Shown here piece after piece: positions 46,535 through 57,241 of a stretch of DNA of 57,241 bases (its first letter is position 1; every line of letters starts with the position of its first letter). Position numbers and translations under genes: made by a program. The stretch is from the NCBI RefSeq assembly GCF_006345805.1, contig NW_021833616.1:1-57241 (forward strand), in the 5' to 3' direction. The notes under the pieces are model-generated. The model worked only from the letters and a program-made list of their open reading frames with translations. It was not told the origin of the DNA and ran no database searches. Source of the stretch: Octopus sinensis. Lineage: Eukaryota.

Positions 46535-46716
46535 ATTTCGTTTTTGGATTTGGTTTGCAAGATTCTTTATATGAGTTCGTGTGTTGAAGCATATTCTGTT
46601 GTGTCTATGGAAAGTCATTTTCTCTTTGTGCCTTATAATGTAACACACTCACCGGTAAAATTTCCACTTATTTCTTATTTTTATTTTCCTAAAATTTTCG
46701 TTGCGTCTTGCAACCT

Positions 46717-46761
<45 letters not shown>

Positions 46762-47217
46762 ATATACAAACACGGACATGCAAGCACATGAATATGCAGA
46801 ATACATACATACAGATGCACACACATACATACATATATACATATGTACACACACACATATATACATACACACACATGCATACATACATACATACATGCAT
46901 ACATACATACATATATACATACAGACATACATACACACATACATACGTACATGCATGCATAGGCACACACACACACACACCACACACACGCACACACACA
47001 CGCACACGCACATACACACACTGACCCACACACATGCGCACAGACAAACAAAACGGAACGCAGTGTAAGTAACGGACAGAGTCAAGACTATTGAAAAGGT
47101 TGCAAGACGCAACGAAAATTTTAGGAAAATAAAAATAAGAAATAAGAGGAAATTTAACCGGTGAGTGTGTTAAATTATAAGACGCAAAAAGAAAATGACT
47201 CTCCCCAGACACAACAG
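46535..47217. mobile_element. Fold-back insertion splitting a SINE-A copy, 13-bp TSD
   Basis: AGTCCGTCTTTAT at 46522-46534 and 47218-47230; about 125-bp inverted arms (46597-46720 / 47090-47220) around (CA)n/(CATA)n. Confidence 0.65.
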
Positions 47218-47544
47218 AGTCCGTCTTTATGTTCTGACTTCAAGTGTCGCTGGGGTCGACTTTGGCTTTCATCTTTTCGGGGTCAATAAAATAAGTACCA
47301 GTTGGGTACTGGTGTTGGTGTAATCGACTTATTCCCTCTCCTGAAATTACTGGTCTTGTGGTAAAATTTGATTCCAATATTTTTTGTTCTGTTCTTCATT
47401 CTCATTTTTGCTGTGATTTTCGTTTATGTTGCTACTGTTGTTGGTTTTAATTTTTGTTGTTGTTATTGCTGTTGTTGTTGTTACTTCAGTTAGGTCGCGT
47501 GGTGGAACTGGTGAGGATTAAGGTGGTACTTTGTTTTAGAAGGA

Positions 47545-47830
47545 GGCGCAATGGCCCAGTGGTTAGGGCAGCAGACTCGTGGTCGGAGAATCGCGGGCGT
47601 TGTGTGTGTTTATTGAGCGAAAACACCTAGCCCCACGAGGCTCCGGCAGGGGGTGGTGGTAACCTCTGTTGTACTCAATTGTCACAACTTTCTCTCACTC
47701 TCTCTTCCTCTTCCTTGAGTAACGCTGCGATGGACTGGTGTCCCGTCCAGCTGGTAGGGAAACATACGCCACAGAAGCCGGGAAACCGGGCCCATGAGCC
47801 TGGCTAGGCTTGAAAAGGGTGACGTTTATA
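47545..47830 (+). mobile_element. tRNA-derived SINE (another family)
   Basis: TGGCCCAGTGGTTAGGGCAG A-box; GATGGACTGGTGTCCCGTCCAG central domain. Confidence 0.65.
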
Positions 47831-48593
47831 GTTTTTTGTTTTAGAAGCAGAAACGCAGCATCAAAACAGTTCGTGAAACTTTTGTGAAAATTTAAGTTTT
47901 TGAGAAATAAAAAGAAACAAAAGACAAAAATAAAACCAAAACATTTTTACAAAAATTAATTACAAATTCTGTCCCAAAGGGCGAAAATACATCGAAACCG
48001 AGCAGCTCCTCACAACCTTCGAGATCTTAAACAAAAATGTTTGAATACGAATCCTTGAAAGACAGTTAATAATGTAAACTTAACGAGCGACTTGAAGCGC
48101 GCATGTTGTTGGCACCATAATCACCACCACCAACACCACTATCACAACAACAGCAACAATAGCAAAAACAACAACAACGACAACAACAGCAATAATAATA
48201 ATAGAAAAGTAAAGACAATATATATCCATGTAGACAAATGGCGTCCGTTTTTATAATCGGAGAAATGTCACGTCTTCAATGACCGGAAGTGTGAAATGCC
48301 AATCTTTTACTTAGCTTGCTCTCTGTGATATTCAAGTGGTAAACATTTGCTTTATTAAAACAAAAGTCAATTAAGGACACTCCTTTTGCTGAAAGGAACG
48401 TGCTAAACGAGTCAACGATGGTGGTAGTGGTGGAGTCGGTCGATTTTTTTTACTCTCACCCCACCATCCAAACCACACGCTGCCGTCTTTTAAACAAGAG
48501 AAGACATATTAGGTAACGAAGTCCTAGATTCCGTTTCAGTTTGATAATATGCTTTATATATACACATACACATACACATACACAACATACATA

Positions 48594-48865
48594 CTAGCAG
48601 AATAGCCTGTCGTTGCGTGGCAATTTTCACCATGGAATGCCTTTCTTTCAATTTTTTTTTTTAATTCCATGTCAGACTCTGTTCTCTCCGATGTATAGGC
48701 TTCTTGATCATAACGGATTTCTGCACTATTTGGGGCAATTTATAATGTCTCGATAAACGAAGATATTGTTTCTCCATTTGGTGTATAGATGTAAAGAGTT
48801 TTCTTCGCTCGCTGCTTAATCCTTTGTGAGGGTCTGTCGCCTTAATGAAATTACTTAGACACGTG

Positions 48866-48870
<5 letters not shown>
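48594..48870 (-). mobile_element. Helitron 3' fragment
   Basis: Helicase C-terminal-like TPNGET..IFVYRD, hairpin GCCACGCAACGACAGGC and CTAG|T (48594-48597). Confidence 0.6.
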
Positions 48871-48915
<45 letters not shown>

Positions 48916-49024
48916 ACACACAACGCGAGCGCTATTCATATGCAGAGAAAGAGCAAGAGAGTGTGTAATAAATATATATAGAGAGGTGGAAAATTTACAA
49001 AGAAAAGTGTTAAAGACAGAAAGA

Positions 49025-49470
49025 CACAGATAGACAGATTCTTTTCTACTCTAGGCACAAGGCCCGAAAATTTTGGGAAGGGGGTCGGTCGATTAGATTG
49101 ACCCCAGTATGCAACTGGTAATCAATTAATCGATACCGAAAGGATGAAAAGCAAAGTCGACCTCGGCCGAATTTGAACTCAGAACTAAAGACAGACGAAA
49201 TACCGCTAAGCATTTCGCCCGGCGTGCTAACGTTCCTTATTTCTTTATTACCCACAAGGGGCTAAACATAGAGAGGACAAACAAGGACAGACAAACGGAT
49301 TAAGTCGATTATATCGACCACAGTGCGTAACTGGTACTTATTTAATCGACCCTGAAAGGCTGAAAGGCAAAGTCGACCTCGGCGGAATTTGAACTCAGAA
49401 CGTGGCGGCAGGCGAAATACCGCTGAGCATTTCGCCCGGCGTGCTAACGTTTCTGCCAGCTCGCCGCCTT
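49025..49470 (-). mobile_element. SINE family A dimer
   Basis: Two units, tail1 then tail2. Confidence 0.85.
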
Positions 49471-49729
49471 CACAGATAGACAGATTGAGCGACGGATCTT
49501 TTCTGTTGCTGTCGCAGATTCTGAAATTTTAAAATTAAGTGAAAATTTTCAAATTTGGTATATTGATGTAATTTTTCACGCTGAATTCGATCTCGGAATT
49601 CATTTATTCTAGAAAAAGTTTTAGAAAAATGTTGCAGTGGTTTAAAGTTTGATACTTTTTCCTGTTTTCCCGAAACTGCTTTCGTTGTTTTACCCTTTGC
49701 GTTTCGAAAAAGTACTCTCGCAAGATTCT

Positions 49730-50440
49730 CAGTTTTTTCCCTAATACTCAGGCGTTTCAAATTATCTTTTTATTTCTTCTTATAGCGTAGAAGTGGCCGG
49801 TCTACATCATGTCGTGAATTTACAAGCCCACCACGAAAGATTTGTTTTGGCATTCGACCACAGTTCATGCGAAGGATATGTCCATACATATGCATCTGAG
49901 TCTTGATCAATAAAGCCTCTATACCAGATATTCCACACATTTCCAGGATGGTGTTATTCTTCAGACTAATACCCCACTCACCATAAAATATTTGCCCGAG
50001 ACATCATATATGAAAGTTGTACAGCTGACTGATGTGACTACGATAGGGTGTCCAAGTCTCTGCTCCATATAAAAGAGTTATTGGACAACTAATTTATATA
50101 TGTCAAATTTTGTCCTTACTGAGATATTCTGGGCATTCCAAAGTCGACCCTAAAGCTTCTAAAAAACTGTAACGGCTTTTCCAATGTGTGTTTGAACCTC
50201 CCTATCAACTTTAGTACCACTTGTTGCTGTAGAACCCAAATACACGAAAGCATTAACGGTTTTCAGACTTTGCCTTCAAGACACACGCCAGGCAAGATAC
50301 TTAGATTGTTGCCAGCACGTGGCTAATACAACAGTTCAGTCTTTTTTATGTTGATAGTCAAGCTAAAAGATCTGTCTGCTGCAAATCTGTCAGTGATGTG
50401 CTGGATGTCCTCGAGTATATGAGCAAATAGGGCACAATCT
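49730..50440 (-). mobile_element. RTE (BovB-like) LINE RT C-terminal remnant
   Basis: [35 protein letters not shown], then a degenerate YLGS / I.KA...F..L..RLW block. Confidence 0.8.
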
Positions 50441-50655
50441 TGTGTGTGTGTGTGTGTGTGTGTGTGTGATGTATGTGTGCGTGTGTGATGTATGTATGTA
50501 TGTATGCAAGTATTTATCTGTCTATCTATATATCTATCTATCCATCCATCCATCCATCCATCCATCCATCCACCCACCCATCCATCCATCCATCCATCCA
50601 TCCATCCATCCATCCATCCATCCATCCATCTATCTATCTATCTATCTATCTATCA

Positions 50656-50757
<102 letters not shown>

Positions 50758-50775
50758 TTATCCATATGTATGTGT

Positions 50776-50840
<65 letters not shown>

Positions 50841-51071
50841 TGCTCATGGCCAAAAGCTTAATTTCATCTTTGTTTCATCAGGCTTACGACAAGTACAAAA
50901 CATAAGACAACAACCACCTGAACAACTCACACCACCACCACACATATATGCATATACATATATTACCGTGACCGACCAGGCTATCAGATGTTGCTACACA
51001 TCGCTGGTCACAATGCGCTTCGCATTGTTTTAGCCTTCAAATGACGCCACCCCGCTGGCTAAGCGAGTAGG

Positions 51072-51123
<52 letters not shown>

Positions 51124-51230
51124 TGCATATATGGGTACAGGACGTCAGCAACAGTAAGCAACATGAAATACGAAAACAAATGAGTTCTATACGCAAACAA
51201 CGATGCATATATATATGTTTCCTCCAAGTA

Positions 51231-51305
<75 letters not shown>

Positions 51306-52015
51306 GTAATGTTCGTAGGCTCTTCAACATTATTGATTGTTGCAAAATCAGCGATTGTGTGTCGCTTGAATATCTCTTGAATATTGTGAGCAGAGGTGAG
51401 CTACTGCCATCTCTAGCAGACGAATTGTCTAGTACTGAAGAATGGCAAAAATAGCCCGAAACCAGGCTGGTCTGCTGATCACGTCGCCAGAAGGTGGTAG
51501 GGGTTCGCTCCGTTGCTCGCAGTATATCGGATGCAACTATGCATCGTTAAACAGCAAGAAGAGATGTCCTCATGAGGTTAAAAATTCGCAGTAAAGTTCG
51601 TTTAAACAGAACAGCCTTGTTGAAGTGACTACAAGCATTAGTTATTAGTAAAGCTACTGCATTGATCTCTTAGAGAGATTTTAGAACTAACTTTTTTGCT
51701 TATATATATATGTGTGTGTGTGTGTGGAGGGGGGTGTATGCGCAATGGGCTTCCACAGAATTTCTGACTACCAAATTCACTCAAAAGGCATAGTAGAAGA
51801 CATTTGTCCAAAGGTACCACTCAGTGGTATTGAACGTTTAACCACGTGGCTGCAAAGCGAGTTGCTTAACTACACAGCCATGCCTGATGTGTGGAAAACA
51901 AGCATTTAAAACATTTAAAACAGGCCAGCTAGACAGGTTTTAAGTAGCTTTACTGCATATCGAGTATACAAGAATTTAACTGGAAGCGAATCTGATGTTA
52001 CAGTATGTGGAATGC

Positions 52016-52150
52016 TATTGACTTTTCTTTTAATTGACCATGACTTTAGATGTTGGGGCTCATGGTCAATTAAATGTATAGTCCGATGATGGCTTAGCTG
52101 GTCGAGACTTCGAAGTTACTGTCAACAATATTCTTATATAAGAATAATGG
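52016..52150 (+). ncRNA. pLTR-like segment with hammerhead (CCGAUGA core; A14 mutated)
   Basis: ATAGT-CCGATGA-TGGCTTAGCTGGTC-GAGAC-TTCGAA-GTT-ACTGT (52078-52122); palindromic stem III ACTTCGAAGT; upstream hairpin 52030-52073. Confidence 0.55.
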
Positions 52151-52342
52151 CTATAATATATATATATATATATTAATTGTTATCGCCATATTAATATGGC
52201 AGTCTTATAGATATACGACTAAAAGCTGTCGCTGATTAGCTCCATGAGGCCATCGCCTTAAGATAGCTATTTGACACACAAACTGTGTCCATTATAACCT
52301 TCGAACAAGGGAGGTCAGCCGCTTCACACTGCTAGTCAGACA

Positions 52343-52385
52343 GCTACAGACGCGTTTCAGGGTATTTGCCCTTTGTCAATGTAGC
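52343..52385 (-). ncRNA. U3:A8 hammerhead (inverted copy)
   Basis: Exact reverse complement of 52708-52750. Confidence 0.75.
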
Positions 52386-52707
52386 GTAGTCAACCCAGCA
52401 GGTGTCGCCACTGATCGTCTCTGTTCGAAGGTTTTAATGGACACAGTTTGTGTGTCAAATAGCTATCTTAAGGCGGTGGCCTCATGGAGCTAATCAGCGA
52501 CAGCTTTTAGTCTTATATCTATAAGACTGCCATATTAATATGGCGATAACAATTAATTTCCAGTAACGCTGCCGTAATCTCTTTTAGAGAGACTTAGTAA
52601 TTTTAATATTTCTATTATTGAAAACAAGTGGATGTATTCCACCGAAACTAGGTAAATAAAACCTTCGAACAGAGACGATCAGTGGCGACACCTGCTGGGT
52701 CGACTAC

Positions 52708-52750
52708 GCTACATTGACAAAGGGCAAATACCCTGAAACGCGTCTGTAGC
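52708..52750 (+). ncRNA. U3:A8 hammerhead
   Basis: GCTACA-TTGACAA-AGGG-CAAATA-CCCT-GAAAC-GC-GTC-TGTAGC; stems I and III covary with 9804-9846. Confidence 0.78.
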
Positions 52751-52987
52751 TGTCTGACTAGCAGTGTGAAGCGGCTGACCTCCCTTGTTCGAAGGTTATA
52801 ATGGACACAGTTTGTGTGTCAGATCTTAAGGAGATGGCCTCATGGAGCTAATCAGCGACAGCTTTTAGTCTTATATCTATAAGACTGCCATATTAATATG
52901 GCGATAACAATTAATTTCCAGTAATGCTGCCGTAATCTCTTTTAGTGAGACTTAGTAATTTTAATATTTCTATATATATATTATATA

Positions 52988-53033
<46 letters not shown>

Positions 53034-53575
53034 CAACATTGAGGGTAAATTAATTAATTATTAATCAATTTCACCAAGTATTCAGTATGTAAAGGGACCA
53101 TTTAAGGCGAATTCAAATTATTACATTATTAAAAGGGCTTAGTAAAATAAATTACTTTGCCACATACTGAACTCATTAGAAATAGCAGCTAAAAAAATTT
53201 TTTAAACTATTTCTAATACTTAAAGAAAGAAAATCTCTCTATATGTGTTTGCTCAAGTCAACTCACGAAGATATGGGGGGTAAAAACATTAAAAAATCAC
53301 AAATGCAAGGTTATTTGAGAACATACGTTTCTAGATTAGTCAAATCGACATTTCTTTCGTCAGCTCAGAACTCCTTGATTCGGATTTGGGAACACTGAAA
53401 GCGGGAGCATACCCTTTTGGCTTCTTATCACTTCCGGAGATCTGCCCAACTACCAGTGCTATCAAATTCAAAATATGCAAGCGAAGAATTTCTGCTCTCC
53501 CCTTTCCGGAAGTGATAAGAAGCCAAAAGGGTATGCTCCCGCTTTCAGTGTTCCCAAATCCGAATCAAGGAGTTC

Positions 53576-53627
53576 TGAGCTGACGAAAGAAATGTCGATT
53601 TGACTAATCTAGAAACGTACGTTCTCA
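53576..53627 (+). ncRNA. Type I hammerhead, intact core
   Basis: TGAG-CTGACGA-AAGAAATGTCGATTTGACTAATCTA-GAAAC-GTAC-GTT-CTCA; palindromic stem III ACGTACGT; stem II irregular. Confidence 0.7.
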
Positions 53628-54135
53628 AATAACCTTTGTATTTGTGATTTTTTTAATGTTTTTACCCCCATATCTTCGTGAGTTAACTTGAGCAAACACT
53701 ATATGAGAGAGATTTTCTTTAAGTATTAGAAATAGTTTTAAAAAAATTTTTTTAGCTGCTATTTCTAATGAGTTCAGTATGTGGCAAAGTAATTTATTTT
53801 ACTAAGCCCTTTTATATAATGTAATAATTTGAATTCGCCTTAAATGGTCCCTTTACATACTGAATACTTGGTGAATTGATTATAGAATAATTAATTTTAC
53901 CCTCAATTGTTGAAATTATAATTCATTTCTCTCTATTTAATGCTTCGGTTTTTACCGATAAAACATAGTGTTTACCAATTTTAACCCACGCTGGTGAAAG
54001 GGAGAGCAGAAATTCTTCGCTTGCCATATTTTGAATTTGATAGCACTGGTTAGTTGGAGCAGATCTCCGGAAGTGATAAGAAGCCAAAAGGGTAGCTCCC
54101 GCTTTCAGTGTTCCCAAATCCGAATCAAGGAGTTC

Positions 54136-54187
54136 TGAGCTGACGAAAGAAATGTCGATTTGACTAATCTAGAAACGTACGTTCTCA
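54136..54187 (+). ncRNA. Type I hammerhead, intact core (identical to 53576-53627)
   Basis: Same sequence 560 nt downstream. Confidence 0.7.
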
Positions 54188-54397
54188 AAAACTTTTGCAT
54201 TTGGTGATTTTTTTAATGTTTTTACCCCCATATCTTCGTGAGCTGACTTGAGCAAACACTATATGAGAGAGATTTTCTTTAAGCATTAGAAATAGTTAAA
54301 AAAAAATTTTTTTAGCTGCTATTTCTAATGAGTTCAGTATGTGGCAAAGTAATTTATTTTACTAAGCCCTTTTATATATAATATATATATATAATAT

Positions 54398-54452
<55 letters not shown>

Positions 54453-54671
54453 TCGCACACATACACATACACACACATATACTGGGTCATCCCATAAATA
54501 ATACAGTTCAAATTCCATAAATAATGCATGAACTAAAATTCGGTGGGGGACGGGATAAACTACCTGCATCAACTTGCTATAAAAGCAGGTAGTAATTTTA
54601 CCATGTTCTTATTCTTAGTGCAAGTTTTGAAGAGTGCAGTTCGATTTATATATATATATATATATATTAAG

Positions 54672-54802
54672 TTATTATGACAAGAATGTTGTTGACAGTG
54701 ACTTCTAAGTTTCGTCCAGCTAAGCCATCGTCGGACTATACATTTAATTGACTTTAACCTCCTAGATTTTAGGTCATGGTCAATTAAAGGAAAAGTCAAT
54801 AA
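54672..54802 (-). ncRNA. pLTR-like segment with hammerhead (CCGACGA core, GUC triplet)
   Basis: Minus strand 54738-54696: AUAGU-CCGACGA-UGGCUUAGCUGGAC-GAAAC-UUAGAA-GUC-ACUGU; diverged inverted sister of 52016-52150. Confidence 0.55.
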
Positions 54803-54859
54803 TTAACAAAGCTATTAATTTCAGGATAGTCTATGATAATTATTTCAAATTTTTGCCAC

Positions 54860-55053
54860 AAAGGCAGCTTGGGTGAGGCGGGGACGAGTCGATTACATCG
54901 ATCCCAGTGTTCAGGTGGTCCTTATTTTATCAACCCCGAAAGGATGACAAGCAAAGTCGACCTTGGTGGAATTTGAACTCAGAATATAGCAACAGGCGAA
55001 ATACCACTAAGCATTCCGTTCGGCGTGCTAATGATTCTGTCAGCTCGCCGCTT
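54860..55053 (-). mobile_element. SINE family A, degenerate; followed by a Helitron-type 5' end at about 55062
   Basis: Reverse-complement body and head; then ATCTATAATAATAAAAGCGAAATTTTGTCTGTCCGTCTG. Confidence 0.7.
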
Positions 55054-56820
55054 TAATATAATCTATAATAATAAAAGCGAAATTTTGTCTGTCCGTCTGG
55101 GACCCTTATATTTCAGTCTATATTTGCTCTACGTAGAGATATTAAATCGTTTTGGAATCAGGATTATCCCGGGACTGAAAATCTGCCGTTCATTTGGTTC
55201 TTGAAAAATCTAGCATGGAGATCTGACATAAAAGCATTTGGGCTGCTATTTTCTGGCAGGTAAAGCTTGGCTGATTTACGCCATCTTGGTTGGCGTTTGT
55301 CAGATGATGTCAGAGATCAAACTGGAGATAAATGACATTTGCTTCATTAATTTTACATCGAGATAAGAACTTTGGGACAAATTGACCAACAGTTGGAATT
55401 CAACTTGGAACTGGTACTATAAAATTAATTTTCATCCATCCTTAACCTCCGATCAAAAACCACCCGGGCATATAGTCATTACAGACGCATTATGGTCATG
55501 CTATTTAGCTCTGTTTAGCTTTGGGTCACAGGCCCCATTAGCCCTTCGTAGGAGCCAGCTTAAAATCCGCAAGGAGTGCTACTTTAAGCTGGTATTCTAA
55601 TAATTCAAACAGGAACTGTTCCCTGATACGTGATCCCGTAGTGAATTGAAGGGCAACACAAATTTTAACCAACGGCCAAAGGCAGTGCATCTAAACGTGA
55701 CATGCTAGAAATAGCAAACAAATCATCTTCACATTGCACATTACCGTCGTATAACAGGACAATAAAGTGTTAGGACACATCTTCTAGAATACATACATAC
55801 ATACATACATACATACATGCATGCATGCATACATACATACATACATACAAACAAACATACATACATACGTTCATACATACATACATACAAACATACATAC
55901 ATACATACATACAAACATACATACATACATACATACATACATACATACATTCATACATACACACACACATACATTCATACATGCATGCATGCATCATACA
56001 TACATACATACATACATACATACATACATACATACATACATACATACATACATGCATGCATGCATACATATTTGATTCTGTGCACATGTTCGTCCGAAAA
56101 CCTCAAATGGAAGATCCCGCAAATGTTCAATAAATTTTCACTATCCTTCTAATCAAGTGTCTCTGGAGAGGCGCTTGATTATTTGCTCCGTTCTTTCATG
56201 GGGACTACTAGCATTTCTAGTTGTATTTGTTTTTAATGCAGGCTGGTTGGCAAATACAACAAGTGATAATAAGAATATATGAAAATCTATAACCAGGATA
56301 TAAGAGCTGTAAGTTTCTCATTAGTTCTCCATACATGTTTTCCTTTCTGTGAGGCATTTACATTCGCTAGGCAGGTAATTTCTACGACGGTGCAACGACT
56401 TTTGTCTTATACAGCTGTATATGGTTTTTTTCTGCTTGTACCACATTACAGTGCTTACTGAAATGCATATGTATGTATGCATTTATGTTAGTATGTATAT
56501 ATGTATGTATGTAATGTAGTGAAGGCTCATAGCTTAGTGGGTAGGGCATTCGGCTCGCGATTGTAGGGTCGCGAGTTCGATTCACTGAAAGGCGATGCTC
56601 CAGTATGGCTCCAACCTCTGGCGAAAACCACCGAAAGAAAGAAGACATATATGAATACGTGGCGCGTGTTTGTGTGTGTACGTGCGTGCGTATGTATGTA
56701 TGTATGTATGTATGTATGTATGTATGTATGTATGCATGTATGTGTGTGTGTGACCGCGTGTGTACCGTTGTCGATTTTTTTCCCTCTGTCTTCCCTTCTC
56801 TGGATCTTTCCTTCTCCTAT

Positions 56821-56855
56821 GTTTCCGACGAAGAGCTCCGCTCGAAACGTTAAAC
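56821..56855 (+). ncRNA. Minimal type I hammerhead (CCGACGA core)
   Basis: GTTT-CCGACGA-A-GAGC-TCC-GCTC-GAAAC-GT-T-AAAC; loop-less palindromic stem III (ACGT) typical of dimeric PLE hammerheads. Confidence 0.6.
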
Positions 56856-56951
56856 CCTCCTTCTTTCCTTATTTCCTGAGCGTCCAATATACTATATCAA
56901 TATCTATATATCTTATTATCTCTCTCTCTCTCCTCTCTCTCTCTCCTCTAT

Positions 56952-56989
<38 letters not shown>

Positions 56990-57241
56990 ATATATATATA
57001 TACACACATAAGTGTTAATGTTGTGTGTTTGTGTGTGTACAGTAAGATAAATAGCCAGAGACAAAAAGACAGACGTTTGCGTAAATAACGAAAACACAAA
57101 AACAAAAGGCAAAAGCCAAAACTGTTAATGTAAGTAGAAAGACTACACAAAATTATCATGGCATCCATTAGTTCCACACAACGTCAACTCATTTGTTAAA
57201 TAAAGTTTTGGCATTGTTTTTAATTTCATATTTTCTCTATA

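Larger units (their letters stand above)
52172..52975. mobile_element. Inverted plus tandem array of the ~360-nt retrozyme/pLTR-like unit
   Basis: rc(B)-rc(A) | B-C-A-B-C arrangement; the strand switch is at the internal CCTTCGAAC/GTTCGAAGG inverted repeat (about 52421-52431); offset about 364 nt. Confidence 0.8.
53032..54375. mobile_element. Inverted plus tandem pLTR-like unit (~400-bp palindrome arms, 560-nt tandem period) with three hammerheads
   Basis: 53032-53435 pairs with 53504-53915; 54000-54375 repeats the second arm; HHRs at 53316-53367(-), 53576-53627(+) and 54136-54187(+). Confidence 0.8.

Overview
AT-rich, microsatellite-dense eukaryotic DNA. The SINE families and simple-repeat load suggest a coleoid cephalopod, probably Octopus (inference). 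No complete host gene is evident, and almost all listed ORFs are microsatellite or SINE artefacts. Recognisable elements: decayed Tc1 and mariner transposons (one full-length 1289-bp mariner with TIRs and TA TSD); Penelope-like elements (PLEs) of Naiad type, one nearly complete, nested and capped by an inverted pLTR, another 5'-inverted; a Helitron PIF1 remnant plus several non-autonomous Helitrons; RTE and L1/Tx1 LINE remnants; and many tRNA-derived SINEs. The most striking signal is about 16 hammerhead-ribozyme (HHR) motifs from about 8 sequence families, mostly in tandem or inverted pLTR/retrozyme-like units. They include (i) two diverged copies of an apparently non-circularly permuted (pseudoknotted) hammerhead, (ii) a U3:A8 core-variant hammerhead with covarying stems in a ~360-nt retrozyme-like unit, and (iii) a recurring CCGANGA (U4C) core. 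A CpG-rich promoter-like island (NRF1/ETS/YY1 motifs), a perfect RFX X-box at 13.3-14.4 kb and two candidate exons hint at a host gene. All RNA structures were paired by eye; none has been folded computationally or tested.
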